Assembly (NCBI GenBank): GCA_003694495.1
Contig: RFJO01000038.1
Span: 1-35,433, forward strand
Source: Candidatus Woesearchaeota archaeon
Lineage (GTDB): Archaea > Nanobdellota > Nanobdellia > SCGC-AAA011-G17 > GW2011-AR17
Length of the DNA stretch: 35,433 nucleotides
Direction: 5' to 3'
Shown here: positions 18,256 to 28,535 of the stretch, in pieces
How the letters are laid out: each line of letters begins with the position of its first letter
How positions within the stretch are numbered: the stretch's first letter is position 1
The notes under the pieces: generated by a model
Databases searched by the model: none
The model's input: only the letters and a program-made list of their open reading frames with translations
What the model was told of the DNA's origin: nothing
Position numbers and translations under genes: made by a program

Positions 18256-18683
18256 AAGATTTTAACGAGTATTTAGAGAAGGGAATTGTTAAAAAAGTCA
18301 CCTCTGATAAACAAAGGGCAGAGAACCTCATGCAGGAATCAGATAGCAAATATGATTTCCTCAACAAAATGATTGAGAAAATGGGAATAGATGACAATAC
18401 TGCAAATAACTTTATTGAATTTTGCTATAACATAATCATCTACCGAATAAGAGCTATTATGCTGGAACAGGGCTTTTCAAGTTCAGGGTTTGGGGCTCAC
18501 GAAGCAGAAGTTGCTTTTGCAGCAAAATTAGGTTTTAGTGAAAGAGACGTCAGAATTTTAGATCAACTAAGATACTTTAGGAATGGTATTCTCTATTATG
18601 CTAAGAAGTTTGATAAGGAATACGCTGAGAAAATAATCAATTTTACAAGAGAGATCATTAAGAGGTTAAAATGGCAAAACTAG
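18252..18683 (+). CDS. HEPN-like protein (second toxin), apparently intact
   Basis: GFGAHEAEV and LRYFRNGILYY. GTGA overlap with the reconstructed MNT stop. Confidence 0.75.
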   Translation: MKDFNEYLEKGIVKKVTSDKQRAENLMQESDSKYDFLNKMIEKMGIDDNTANNFIEFCYNIIIYRIRAIMLEQGFSSSGFGAHEAEVAFAAKLGFSERDVRILDQLRYFRNGILYYAKKFDKEYAEKIINFTREIIKRLKWQN

Positions 18684-18710
18684 TCCCTTCTCATAAATAT
18701 CCTATTTTCT

Positions 18711-20066
18711 CTAAATAATTAGCTTATTGTGTCTTTTCCATGAACCGTTGGCAAACCATACAACAGCTATTAACGCTGAGATAATGTTTGCAGACGGGAA
18801 AGCTAGCCAAATGCCTGTAGATTGAAGTGAAGTATAATTGGATAAAATGTAAGCAATTGGAAGTCTTAGCACCCATAATGAAATTATGGACAGAAGCATT
18901 GAAGTTAAAGTGTTGCCAGAACCCCTGAACGCGCCGTTGATTGCCATTTGTACAGCGATAAAGCCAAACGTTAGGCTTGTTATGCGGAGAAAAAGTGTGC
19001 TTAACTTAATTGTTTCAACATCGCCCGGAATGAAAAATGAAGATATGGGCCTAGCGAAAATGAAAAATAAAATGCCTACCAAGCTTAAAACAACAAAACC
19101 AGTAACCAAACTTATCTTAACTGTTTTTTCTGCGCGTTCTGTTTTTTTTGCACCAATGTTTTGGCCTACTAAAGTTGAAGTGGACATGGAGATTGCCAAG
19201 GAAGGTATTATGATAAAACTAATGATCCTTGCGCCAATGCCGTAAGCAGCCAACACTGTGGCGCCGAACCTTGAAACAATGAAAACCATTATTGTCATGC
19301 CTAATGCCCTGGTTGATTGTTCAATAGAGGTTGGAAAGCCAAGCTTGGTTAACTTCTTTATCAACCTAAAGTCAGGTTTGATTTTTTTAATGTCTAACTT
19401 AATATCATGGTTGCCTTTGAATAGAAAGTAAAGTCCTATAACGAATGCTAAAAGTTGTGTGGACAACGTTGCAACGGCTGCCCCTGCAACGCCGTACGAT
19501 GGTATGAACCATTTTCCAAAAATGAATAACGGGTCAAGGATTAAGTTGAGAAGAACTGAACTTAAAATAATATACATTGGGACCTTTACCTCGCCAACAC
19601 CACGCATTAGTGATTGGAATGCGATGTAGCCGAAAACAAAAATGAAACCAATAAATGAGATTTGTAGATAACTTACTGCGCCATGATAAATTGTTGGGTC
19701 TTGGGTAAGAAGGCGGATTATGAATGGTGTTAGCAAATAGCCAATAAAGGAAAGTACTGCAGAAACAATAAGTACCATTAGCATTGTTTGCGTTGCGGTG
19801 TGGTTGATACGGTTGTTATCCTTTTTGCCTTTATATTGTGATACTAAAATTGAGCCTGCGATAGCTAAACCTGAAGCTAAAGAAATTACCAAGAAAATAA
19901 TAGGGAAACTTATCGAGACTGATGCAACGGCTTCCTTGCCTAACCTTCCAACCCAAAATGTGTCTGTAAGGTTGTAAGCTGTCTGAAGAAGGTTGGCAAG
20001 AATTAACGGGATTGATAATGTTAAAAGTGATTTTAGTATTGAACCTTGAGTTAAGTCTTTAGCCAT
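18711..20066 (-). CDS. MATE-family efflux transporter
   Basis: About 12 TM helices. YNLTDTFWVGRLG, LNLILDPLFIFG, GQNIGAK. Confidence 0.95.
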   Translation of the reverse strand: MAKDLTQGSILKSLLTLSIPLILANLLQTAYNLTDTFWVGRLGKEAVASVSISFPIIFLVISLASGLAIAGSILVSQYKGKKDNNRINHTATQTMLMVLIVSAVLSFIGYLLTPFIIRLLTQDPTIYHGAVSYLQISFIGFIFVFGYIAFQSLMRGVGEVKVPMYIILSSVLLNLILDPLFIFGKWFIPSYGVAGAAVATLSTQLLAFVIGLYFLFKGNHDIKLDIKKIKPDFRLIKKLTKLGFPTSIEQSTRALGMTIMVFIVSRFGATVLAAYGIGARIISFIIIPSLAISMSTSTLVGQNIGAKKTERAEKTVKISLVTGFVVLSLVGILFFIFARPISSFFIPGDVETIKLSTLFLRITSLTFGFIAVQMAINGAFRGSGNTLTSMLLSIISLWVLRLPIAYILSNYTSLQSTGIWLAFPSANIISALIAVVWFANGSWKRHNKLII

Positions 20067-20156
20067 TTAATAACCTTAAAATAATGTTGTTTATAAAACT
20101 TTTTTATAATAAAAAAAGCAAATTTTATAAATGTCTATTTAAATACTATAAACCCT

Positions 20157-23100
20157 ATGTACGAATTTAAAAAAACTGAAGAAAGTGTGTTGAAGTTCTG
20201 GGAAGATAATAACATATACAAAAAAGCCGTGGAAAAGAATAAAGGTAAAAAGAAGTTTTATTTTCTGCAAGGTCCGCCGTACACTAGCGGAAGGTTGCAT
20301 ATTGCTCATGCGTGGAATAATTCTTTGAAAGATATCATGCTTAGGTATAAAAGAATGAAAGGGTTTGACGTGTGGGACAGGGCTGGGTATGATATGCATG
20401 GGCTGCCTACAGCGAAGAAAGTTATGGCTGAGCATAACCTAAAAACTAAAGAAGATATACAAAAGTTTGGTGTTGAAAAGTTCATAAATGAGTGTATAAA
20501 TTTCTCAAAAGAAAAAGCAAGGATAATGGATAAGGATTTGTGGAGGGTTGGGATTTGGATGGATTATGAAAATGCTTACTGGCCGATAAGAAATGAATAT
20601 ATAGAAAGTGTGTGGTTTCTTATAAAAAAAGCCGATGAGAAAAAAAGGCTTTATGAAGGTTTAAGAACAATGAGCTGGTGCCCGAGCTGCCAGACTGCTA
20701 TGGCTAAACACGAGTGCCAGTATAAAGAAGTTGAAGAAGATTCAATATTTGTTAAGTTTAAATTGAAAGGCAAAGATGATGAGTATATTCTTGTATGGAC
20801 GACGACGCCGTGGACTATGGCGTATAATCTTGCAGTGATGGTTAACCCTGAACTGGATTATGTTAAAGTTGACGTTGGTGGAGAGAAGTGGATCATAGCG
20901 AAAGGGTTGATGGCAATATTCTTGAACAATTATACGGATAAAAAGTATCATATAGTGGAAGAGTTTAAAGGCGAGGAAATGGATGGGTGGGAGTATGTGC
21001 ACCCGTGGCATGATAAGATACCTTATTTTGATGAGCTTAAACAAAAGTACCCAAAAGTGCATACTGTGTTGTTGTCCTCAGAGTATGTTAACTTGGGTGC
21101 AGGCACAGGCTTAGTGCATTGTGCACCGGGTTGCGGGCCTGAGGATTATGAAGTGGGACACAGGAATAATGTGCCGCCGTTCAATAACCTAAAAGAAGAT
21201 GGGACTTTCCCGGAAGAAATGGGAGAGTTTGCAGGGTTGAAAGCGAAAACTGATGATAAAGTCTTTATACAAAAGCTTGACGAGGTTGGGGCGTTGATTG
21301 CTGTTACAAAAGTTGAGCATGATTATGCGCACTGTGAAAGGTGTCATAGCCCTGTGGTGTTCAGAGCAACCAAACAGTGGTTCTTTAAAACTGAAGATAT
21401 AAAAGATAAAATGCTTGACATGAATAAAGATGTTTTGTGGGTGCCTGAGTCAGGGAAAAATGCGTTTGATTCCTGGCTTGACAACCTTAGGGATAATTCT
21501 ATAACCAAGCAAAGGTTCTGGGGTACACCAGTGCCAATATGGAAGTGTGAGTGCGGAAATTATGTTGTTGTGTCTTCAAGGAAAGAAATGCAAGAACTTA
21601 ACGCGAAAAATGTTCCTGAGAACTTGCATAAGCCGTGGATTGATGAAGTTAAAATACCTTGCAAGAAGTGCGGCAAGGATATGACAAGGTTGCCGGATGT
21701 GCTTGACGTGTGGATTGATGCAGGGTGCGCGTCGTGGGCTTGCCTGGAATATCCGCATAGGAAGGATTTGTTTGAAAGACTTTACCCTGCAGATTTTATA
21801 CTTGAAGCAAGGGAACAAGTTAGAGGGTGGTTTAACCTGCTTATGGTTGCATCAACTTTGGCTTTTGATAATGCGTCGTTCAAGAATGTTTACATGCATG
21901 GAATGTTGACTGACATTGAAGGACAAAAAATGTCTAAGTCTTTAGGCAATGTTATTTCGCCGTATGAGCTTATAGATAAATACGGTGCTGACACGTTAAG
22001 GTTCTATATGTGCAGGACTAATGCAGGCGAAGATATAAAGTTTAGCTGGGAGGAAGCTAAGCTGAAGTATAAAAACCTTTCAATATTGTGGAACTTGCAT
22101 AGTTATCTTATAGAATATGCTAATAACCTTAATATTAATGCGAAAGAGTTTGATGTTGAGCAAGAGTTTGATGTGGAAGAACTTTATATGTTGTCTAAGT
22201 TGAACTCTACCATAAAAGATGTTACTAACTTGTATGAAAATTATAAGATAGATGATGTGCCTAAGCTGATTGAAGATTTATTCTTAGAACTGAGCAGGAC
22301 GTATGTGCAGATTATAAGGGATAAAGTGGTGCTTAAGCCTAAAGTTGTGTTAACAACGTTGTTTAAAGTGTTGTATGAAACTGTAAAAATGCTGGCAACT
22401 ATTTCGCCTTTCATAAGTGAGAAGATTTATCTTAACCTGAAAGACAAGTTTGGGCTTGAAAAGGAAAGCGTGCATTTGCTTGAATGGCCTGAAGCTGATG
22501 AAAGTTTGATTGACAAAAAGCTTGAGAAAGATTTTGAAATCGTGCAAAATGTTGTGCAGGCTGTGCTGGCTGCAAGAGAAAAGGCAGGGATAAGCGTAAG
22601 GTGGCCGCTGAAAGAAGCTGTCGTTTTAACAAAGGATGATGCTGCGTGGGAAGCTGTGGAGAGCTTGAAAAACCTTGTCATGCTTCAAACTAATGTGAAA
22701 GATGTAGTTCTTATGCCGACAATGAAAGGCGCAACGTTGCAGATTACGCCAAACAAAGGACAGATTGGCAAAGACTTTAAACAGGATTCGCCTAAAATAT
22801 TGAACGAACTTAATGATGAAATCATGAAAAAGATTAATGAGGAAGGTAAGGCTTACATTGGAGATTTTGAGTTGACGGAAAAGCATATTAACGTAACAGA
22901 AACGTTGCCGGAAAATTTGGTGGCTTCAGATTTTAGGTATGGTAATGTGCAGATAAACACAGAGATTACAAAAGAGCTTGAACAGGAAGGGTTTGCAAGA
23001 GAAGTTACCAGGAGAATACAGGAAATGAGGAAACAGCAAGGGTTGACAAGGGATGACAAAATTGAAGTTTCAATTGTGTCAAATTATGATTTATCTAACT

Positions 23101-23225
23101 GGGGAAAAGAGATCAAAACTAAAGTGGGGGCAGTTGCCCTGTATTTTGAAGATAAAGGGTTTGAAGTGTCAAATGAAGTCGAAATTAAGGGGGAAAACTT
23201 TAAACTGGCACTGAGAACTCTTTGA
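20157..23225 (+). CDS. ileS: Isoleucyl-tRNA synthetase (archaeal/eukaryote-type)
   Basis: GPPYTSGRLHIAH (HIGH), WTTTPWT, GTGLVH, KMSKS, C-terminal EGFAREVTRRIQ. Confidence 0.96.
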   Translation: MYEFKKTEESVLKFWEDNNIYKKAVEKNKGKKKFYFLQGPPYTSGRLHIAHAWNNSLKDIMLRYKRMKGFDVWDRAGYDMHGLPTAKKVMAEHNLKTKEDIQKFGVEKFINECINFSKEKARIMDKDLWRVGIWMDYENAYWPIRNEYIESVWFLIKKADEKKRLYEGLRTMSWCPSCQTAMAKHECQYKEVEEDSIFVKFKLKGKDDEYILVWTTTPWTMAYNLAVMVNPELDYVKVDVGGEKWIIAKGLMAIFLNNYTDKKYHIVEEFKGEEMDGWEYVHPWHDKIPYFDELKQKYPKVHTVLLSSEYVNLGAGTGLVHCAPGCGPEDYEVGHRNNVPPFNNLKEDGTFPEEMGEFAGLKAKTDDKVFIQKLDEVGALIAVTKVEHDYAHCERCHSPVVFRATKQWFFKTEDIKDKMLDMNKDVLWVPESGKNAFDSWLDNLRDNSITKQRFWGTPVPIWKCECGNYVVVSSRKEMQELNAKNVPENLHKPWIDEVKIPCKKCGKDMTRLPDVLDVWIDAGCASWACLEYPHRKDLFERLYPADFILEAREQVRGWFNLLMVASTLAFDNASFKNVYMHGMLTDIEGQKMSKSLGNVISPYELIDKYGADTLRFYMCRTNAGEDIKFSWEEAKLKYKNLSILWNLHSYLIEYANNLNINAKEFDVEQEFDVEELYMLSKLNSTIKDVTNLYENYKIDDVPKLIEDLFLELSRTYVQIIRDKVVLKPKVVLTTLFKVLYETVKMLATISPFISEKIYLNLKDKFGLEKESVHLLEWPEADESLIDKKLEKDFEIVQNVVQAVLAAREKAGISVRWPLKEAVVLTKDDAAWEAVESLKNLVMLQTNVKDVVLMPTMKGATLQITPNKGQIGKDFKQDSPKILNELNDEIMKKINEEGKAYIGDFELTEKHINVTETLPENLVASDFRYGNVQINTEITKELEQEGFAREVTRRIQEMRKQQGLTRDDKIEVSIVSNYDLSNWGKEIKTKVGAVALYFEDKGFEVSNEVEIKGENFKLALRTL

Positions 23226-23296
23226 TTTATTTATAAATACATTTATAAAGGAATATAACTTCTCTAGTATATAAATTATCTATAGGGGGTATCTAA

Positions 23297-23845
23297 ATGC
23301 CAGCAAAAAGTGAAATAAAAATACAAAATATTGTTGCTACGACTAACCTTGGGGTTGCGGTGCCGTTAGTGAAACTGGCGGAAACTTTGCCTAACACTGA
23401 ATATAATCCAGAACAGTTCCCCGGGTTGGTTATGAGGATTAAAGAGCCGAAAACTTCTGCACTGATATTTAGTTCAGGAAGGATAGTGTGTACCGGCGCT
23501 AAGTCGATGAAAAAAGTTAAAGAAGCAATCAGCGCGATCGTTAAAAATATTGAAAAGATTAAAATTAAAGTTAAAGAAGAGCCTAAAGCTACAGTGCAAA
23601 ACATGGTGGCTTCAGGGAGCATAGGGATTGACTTAAACTTGAATTCCCTAACAATAGACCTTGAAAATACTGAGTATGAACCTGAACAGTTCCCGGGATT
23701 GGTGTATAAATTGCCAGGGACAAGGGCGACGTTCTTGCTTTTTAGTAACGGAAAAATTGTTTGCACCGGTACTAAGTCTGAAAAGAAGTTGCATGAAGCT
23801 GTAGATAAGTTGATAGAAAACCTTGCAAAAATTGGTTATAAATAA
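23297..23845 (+). CDS. tbp: TATA-box binding protein
   Basis: Two repeats IQNIVA..EYNPEQFPGL..IFSSGRIVCTG and VQNMVA..EYEPEQFPGL..LFSNGKIVCTG. Confidence 0.98.
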   Translation: MPAKSEIKIQNIVATTNLGVAVPLVKLAETLPNTEYNPEQFPGLVMRIKEPKTSALIFSSGRIVCTGAKSMKKVKEAISAIVKNIEKIKIKVKEEPKATVQNMVASGSIGIDLNLNSLTIDLENTEYEPEQFPGLVYKLPGTRATFLLFSNGKIVCTGTKSEKKLHEAVDKLIENLAKIGYK

Positions 23846-23942
23846 TTTTTTTATTTTTTATGCAAATTGTTGCGTTTAACCATGAATAAATTTATATAGC
23901 TATTAATTATACCATTTTTTGTTTGGGGGTGTAAAAGAAGAA

Positions 23943-25961
23943 ATGGTTTTAGAAGCGATTGATCAAGTTGAAAAGTTTCAAGAATTCTTTGAAATCAATT
24001 ATGTTAATGATATAAATAAAGCTATATCTAAAGGATTAAGATCAATAAATGTTGACTTTTTTCAGTTAACCAAGTTTGATCCGGATTTGGCGGAAGTTTT
24101 ACTTGAAGAACCTGAAGAAGTTATTAAGGCTGCGGAGCTGGCAATTGAGCAGTTTGAAATAAAAAAGCCGTTAAGGGTTAGGTTTTATAATTTTCCTGAA
24201 TCGCAAAAGATATTTATAAGAAACATAAGATCAGACCATCTTAACAAGTTTATAGCAATCGAAGGCATAATAAGGCAAGCTTCTAATGTAAGACCAGAGG
24301 TAGTGTCTGCAAGGTTTGAGTGCCCATCATGCGGGAACATAATAACCATGCAGCAAAATGAAAACAAGTTTAGGGAACCTAGCAGGTGTAGTTGTGGAAG
24401 AAGAGGGAAGTTCAGGTTGTTGTCTAAAGATTTAGTGGATGCGCAAAGGTTGGTGATAGAAGAAAACGCGCAGTCGCTGGAAGGCGGGGCAGAGCCGAAA
24501 AGGTTGTCGGTTTTCTTGAGGGAAGATTTAGTTGAGCCTAGGATGGAGAAAAAGACTACGCCCGGGAAAAGTGTGGTTGTAACCGGTATCCTGAAAGAAG
24601 TGCCTATACCTGCAAGAGATGGTGGGATTTCTACAAGGTTTGATATAGTGATGAATGCAAACTCAATTGATACAATTGAAGAGGATTTTTCTGACGTGGA
24701 AGTGAATGAAGATGATGAGGCTATGATAAAGCAACTTGCAAAAGATAAAAATATTTATGAAAAGCTTAGGAACTCTATTGCACCGAGCATATATGGTCAT
24801 GACCTGATAAAGGATGCAATAGCGTTGCAGTTGTTTGGCGGAGTTAGAAAAACCAAAGTTGACGGGACAATAATAAGGGGTGACATACATGTGCTTTTGG
24901 TTGGTGACCCTGGTGCGGGTAAGTCTGCCATGCTTACGTTTGTGAAGAATACTGCGCCTAAGGCGAGGTATGTTGCAGGGAGAAGTGCTTCAGGAGCAGG
25001 TATCACGGCTACAGTGGTTAAAGACGAGTTCTTAAGAGGCTGGGCGCTGGAAGCAGGGGCGATTGTTCTGGCAGATAAGGGTGTGCTTGTGCTGGATGAG
25101 ATGGATAAAATGAGTGCAGAAGATACTTCTGCGTTGCATGAGGGAATGGAACAGCAAACTATAACCATAGCAAAAGCAAACATACAAGCTACGTTAAGGG
25201 CGCAAACTACAATACTTGCAGCTGCAAACCCTAAACTGGGAAGGTTTGACCCGTATGCGCCGCTGGCACAGCAGATAAAGCTGCCGCCGGCGTTGATTAA
25301 CAGGTTTGATTTAATATTTATATTAAGAGATTTGCCTGACAAGGAAAAGGATGCAAAAATTGCGCACCATGTGTTAATGCACCAGGCTAAAATGGGTAAC
25401 GTGGCAGAGATTGAGCCTGAGTTGTTAAGAAAGTATATAGCTTATGTTAAGCAAAGAGTTTTCCCTGTATTGACAGAAGAGGCAAGCGAAACGATAAAAG
25501 ATTTTTATGTAAACATAAGGAACTCTTCAACCAACGGCGATGACCCGGCGATAAAGCCTATACCAATTTCTGCAAGGCAGCTTGAAGCTGTAGTGAGGTT
25601 GGCGGAAGGGTCGGCAAGGATAAGGTTGAGTGATAAGGTTGAAAAGAAAGATGTCTTAAGAGCAATAAACTTGTTAAAGTCGTGCTTAATGGAAATTGGG
25701 GTTGACCCTGAAACAGGAAAAATTGATATTGATAGGATTAATACTGGTATAACTGCATCAGAAAGAAGTAAAATTGTCGGTGTGAGGGATTTAATATTTA
25801 AAATGGATGAAGCCGGTAAGAAGCTGATTGCTATTGATGAGTTGTATGAAGAGGCTGCAAAGAGAGGTATACCTGAGCATAAAGTTGATGAAGCAATAGC
25901 AAAGCTTAAAAGTACAGGGGATATATTCGAGCCTAAACCAAACTTTATACAAAAATTATAA
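23943..25961 (+). CDS. mcm: Replicative helicase MCM
   Basis: Zn finger CPSC..CSC, Walker A GDPGAGKS, Walker B DEMDKM, AAANP, arginine finger INRFD, C-terminal wH. No intein. Confidence 0.97.
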   Translation: MVLEAIDQVEKFQEFFEINYVNDINKAISKGLRSINVDFFQLTKFDPDLAEVLLEEPEEVIKAAELAIEQFEIKKPLRVRFYNFPESQKIFIRNIRSDHLNKFIAIEGIIRQASNVRPEVVSARFECPSCGNIITMQQNENKFREPSRCSCGRRGKFRLLSKDLVDAQRLVIEENAQSLEGGAEPKRLSVFLREDLVEPRMEKKTTPGKSVVVTGILKEVPIPARDGGISTRFDIVMNANSIDTIEEDFSDVEVNEDDEAMIKQLAKDKNIYEKLRNSIAPSIYGHDLIKDAIALQLFGGVRKTKVDGTIIRGDIHVLLVGDPGAGKSAMLTFVKNTAPKARYVAGRSASGAGITATVVKDEFLRGWALEAGAIVLADKGVLVLDEMDKMSAEDTSALHEGMEQQTITIAKANIQATLRAQTTILAAANPKLGRFDPYAPLAQQIKLPPALINRFDLIFILRDLPDKEKDAKIAHHVLMHQAKMGNVAEIEPELLRKYIAYVKQRVFPVLTEEASETIKDFYVNIRNSSTNGDDPAIKPIPISARQLEAVVRLAEGSARIRLSDKVEKKDVLRAINLLKSCLMEIGVDPETGKIDIDRINTGITASERSKIVGVRDLIFKMDEAGKKLIAIDELYEEAAKRGIPEHKVDEAIAKLKSTGDIFEPKPNFIQKL

Positions 25962-25976
25962 TGACGGTGGAAACTG

Positions 25977-26633
25977 ATGGAAGTACAAAAAAGACAAACG
26001 GCGTACAAGTTCTGGCTTAAAGATATTATGGAAGCTGAATCTTTTGTTAATGAAAACGGTGCACTGATGTTTAAAGTGAAAGGCAAGGATGTGATAAGGG
26101 TAAATGTGCTTGCAAGTGCTATACATAAATATGTTTCAGAGTCTGGGAATTATGTGTTTGTTACTTTAGATGATGGGAGTGCGCAGACAAGGTTGAAAGT
26201 GTGGAATGAAGATACGGGGGTTTTGGCTAATGTTGAAATTGGAGATTTGCTGCTTGTTGTGGGAAAAATAGGTATTAATAATAATGAGATATTTATAAGG
26301 CCTGAAGCGGTTAAGAAAATTGAAAACCCAGACTGGGAGCTTGTAAGGAAACTTGAGCTTACGAAAGAGTATGGAAAGCCTGAAGGCGAAAAAAAGCTGG
26401 TTGAGGATGAGCCGGTAGTGGAAGAAGTGGTTGTGTCAAATGAGCCTTCAATAAATCTTAGAGAAAAAGTTATATCTTTAATTGAAGTTAGCGGCCCTGA
26501 TGGGGTAAATGAAGAGGAACTTATAGAGAAGCTTGGCGAAAAGGAAGATGATGTGACAAAAGTGGTTGAAGAACTTTTGATGGAAGGCGAAATATATCAG
26601 CCGAAAAAGGGCTTTTTAAAGCTTATAGGGTAA
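25977..26633 (+). CDS. OB-fold + winged-helix protein, RPA32-like ssDNA-binding subunit
   Basis: RQTAYK..RVNV..TLDDGS (OB fold), acidic linker, C-terminal EGEIYQPKKG wH. Confidence 0.8.
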   Translation: MEVQKRQTAYKFWLKDIMEAESFVNENGALMFKVKGKDVIRVNVLASAIHKYVSESGNYVFVTLDDGSAQTRLKVWNEDTGVLANVEIGDLLLVVGKIGINNNEIFIRPEAVKKIENPDWELVRKLELTKEYGKPEGEKKLVEDEPVVEEVVVSNEPSINLREKVISLIEVSGPDGVNEEELIEKLGEKEDDVTKVVEELLMEGEIYQPKKGFLKLIG

Positions 26634-26668
26634 AAACTTATAAATAATTCCTGATTCTTTAATTAAAA

Positions 26669-27079
26669 ATGATGAAATATGAAGAGATGCTGGACAGGGC
26701 GTTCAAGCTTATGCCGGAAATTAATACTAAAGGTGAAAGGTTTGAAGTGCCTAAAGCGCATGGAAGAATTCAAGGTAATACTACAATCATAACAAATTTT
26801 CAACAAATGGTGCAGTTGTTTAGAAGAGATAGTGAGCATTTTCTTAAGTTTTTACAAAAAGAACTTGCAACGCCTGCACAGATTGACGGACCAAGGTTGG
26901 TGCTTAAAAGAAAACTTAGCCCGGCGCTGATTAATGCTAAGATAAAAAAATATGCAGACGAGTTTGTGTTGTGTTATACATGTAAAAAACCTGACACTCA
27001 AATAATTGAAGAAAACGGTGTGAATGTGCTTAAATGTGCAGCTTGCGGTGCTAAACATAAAATTAAGTCTGTGTTTTGA
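26669..27079 (+). CDS. eif2b: Translation initiation factor aIF-2 beta
   Basis: YEEMLDRA, ERFEVP, KELAT, FVLCYTCKKPDT, CAACGA. Confidence 0.96.
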   Translation: MMKYEEMLDRAFKLMPEINTKGERFEVPKAHGRIQGNTTIITNFQQMVQLFRRDSEHFLKFLQKELATPAQIDGPRLVLKRKLSPALINAKIKKYADEFVLCYTCKKPDTQIIEENGVNVLKCAACGAKHKIKSVF

Positions 27080-27081
27080 AA

Positions 27082-27549
27082 ATGGATGATTATGTGAAAA
27101 CTGAATATAAAAAACTTCAACAAAAGTATAACCTGCCAGAATATAAAAAGTTTAACGACGTTTTTGAAATTGTTTCAATCGAGGAAAATAAGTCTGGAAA
27201 GTTTGCAAATGCATTAACCAGGGTGGTGCATGGAAAAATTAAGTTCTTTTTAACTTTCTTTGACCCATTTCTTTTACCACAACCAAATTCAGCCTATATG
27301 ATGATTGTTTCGAAAGATATAGGCAGATTAAGAGAAGGTTTGCTTGAGGTGTATAAAGAATTAATGGTTGATTATAATAATGGATATTTGGTTCTTTTGA
27401 AAGGTGAAAAGGAAATGATGAATTATGTTAAAGATATCTGGAAAAAGCATGAAGCATATAAAAAGAAGTTGATAAAGTTTATTGAAGAATTAAATAAGAT
27501 AGTTTTAAAAACAACTGATGTTAAAGAAAATAAAGGGTATTTAGGATGA
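27082..27549 (+). CDS. Hypothetical alpha-helical protein
   Basis: Open frame tightly coupled to both neighbours. No family recognised. Alternative TTG start at 27076. Confidence 0.7.
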   Translation: MDDYVKTEYKKLQQKYNLPEYKKFNDVFEIVSIEENKSGKFANALTRVVHGKIKFFLTFFDPFLLPQPNSAYMMIVSKDIGRLREGLLEVYKELMVDYNNGYLVLLKGEKEMMNYVKDIWKKHEAYKKKLIKFIEELNKIVLKTTDVKENKGYLG

Positions 27550-27833
27550 TATTGGTAAAAATGCATAAGGACGGAGTGCTTGCACTTTGCGACGAAAACC
27601 TTGTAGGGAAAAAAATTGAACATGACTTATTACAGCTTGACGTGACGGAAAGGTTCTATAAAGGCGAAGAAAAAAGTAAAGAAGAAATACTTACTTTGGC
27701 TGAGGATGCAGCCACAATAAACATTGTAGGTGAAGAAGCTGTGAAGTTTGCAATAGATAATAAAATTGTGGATGAAGGGCAAATAATATACATTGGCGAC
27801 GTGCCGCATGCGCAAGTGTTTAAGATCCAATGA
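27546..27833 (+). CDS. DUF424 family protein
   Basis: LALCDENLVGK, FYKGE, ATINIVG, VPHAQ. Confidence 0.9.
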   Translation: MILVKMHKDGVLALCDENLVGKKIEHDLLQLDVTERFYKGEEKSKEEILTLAEDAATINIVGEEAVKFAIDNKIVDEGQIIYIGDVPHAQVFKIQ

Positions 27834-28141
27834 AAGATAACGTTTATAGCAAGAACCAGTATTTTGAAGCCGTGATACAGTTGAGGCCTTATAATGAAGA
27901 AGTTATGAGGTTTATAGAAAACCAAGTTAAAAAGCAAGATAAAGTGTTTATTTCCAGGGTTGAAAAGCTTAAAACTGGTGTTGATATATATATCTCATCG
28001 CAAAGGTTTGCAAGAACACTCGGGCAAAAACTTAAACGTTCTTTTAAGGGGGAACTAAAAATAACTAAAACCTTGTTCGGAAGGGATAAACTGAAAAGCA
28101 AGGATATATATAGAGGAACTGTGTTGTTTAGGTTAGAGTAA
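27830..28141 (+). CDS. Short NMD3-related protein (C-terminal part only)
   Basis: YFEAVIQLR, GVDIYISS, YRGTVLFR resemble archaeal NMD3. Lies next to DUF424 and aIF-2beta. Confidence 0.75.
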   Translation: MKDNVYSKNQYFEAVIQLRPYNEEVMRFIENQVKKQDKVFISRVEKLKTGVDIYISSQRFARTLGQKLKRSFKGELKITKTLFGRDKLKSKDIYRGTVLFRLE

Positions 28142-28181
28142 ACCAAAGATTTATAAAGAGTTCTAATTAATATTATTTTTT

Positions 28182-28535
28182 ATGAACAAGAAAAAGGAAT
28201 TGCAAAAGAAGCAAGAACAACAGCAACAGATGGAAATACAAAGGGTTAAACTGCCTAGGGGAAACCAGGTGATAGGTATTCTTGAAACCAGGCTGGGTGC
28301 TTCAAAGATGAGAGTGAGGTGTTTTGACGGGAAAACAAGGATATGTAGAATACCAGGAAGGCTTAAAAGGAGGTTGTGGGTTAGGGAAGGTGATTATCTG
28401 TTGATTGAGCCTTGGGAGTTTGGCGGTGATGAAAAAGGTGATGTGATTTATAAATATAAATTTAACCAAGTTAATTGGCTTAAGAAAAAAGGCATAATTA
28501 AAGAAACTGTCCAGGAAGACTGGGAAGAGTTTTAA
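28182..28535 (+). CDS. eif1a: Translation initiation factor aIF-1A
   Basis: LGASKMRVRCFDGKTRICRIPGRLKRRLWVREGD. TTTATAAA at 28150-28157. Confidence 0.97.
   Translation: MNKKKELQKKQEQQQQMEIQRVKLPRGNQVIGILETRLGASKMRVRCFDGKTRICRIPGRLKRRLWVREGDYLLIEPWEFGGDEKGDVIYKYKFNQVNWLKKKGIIKETVQEDWEEF

Noticed and set aside
20298..20309. HIAH instead of HIGH in IleRS
   Set aside because: Within normal class I synthetase variation; all other motifs are intact.
23293..26086. Long minus-strand ORFs (157, 181 and 193 aa) and other alternative-frame ORFs in the track
   Set aside because: Antisense or out-of-frame shadows of tbp, mcm and other well-supported genes.
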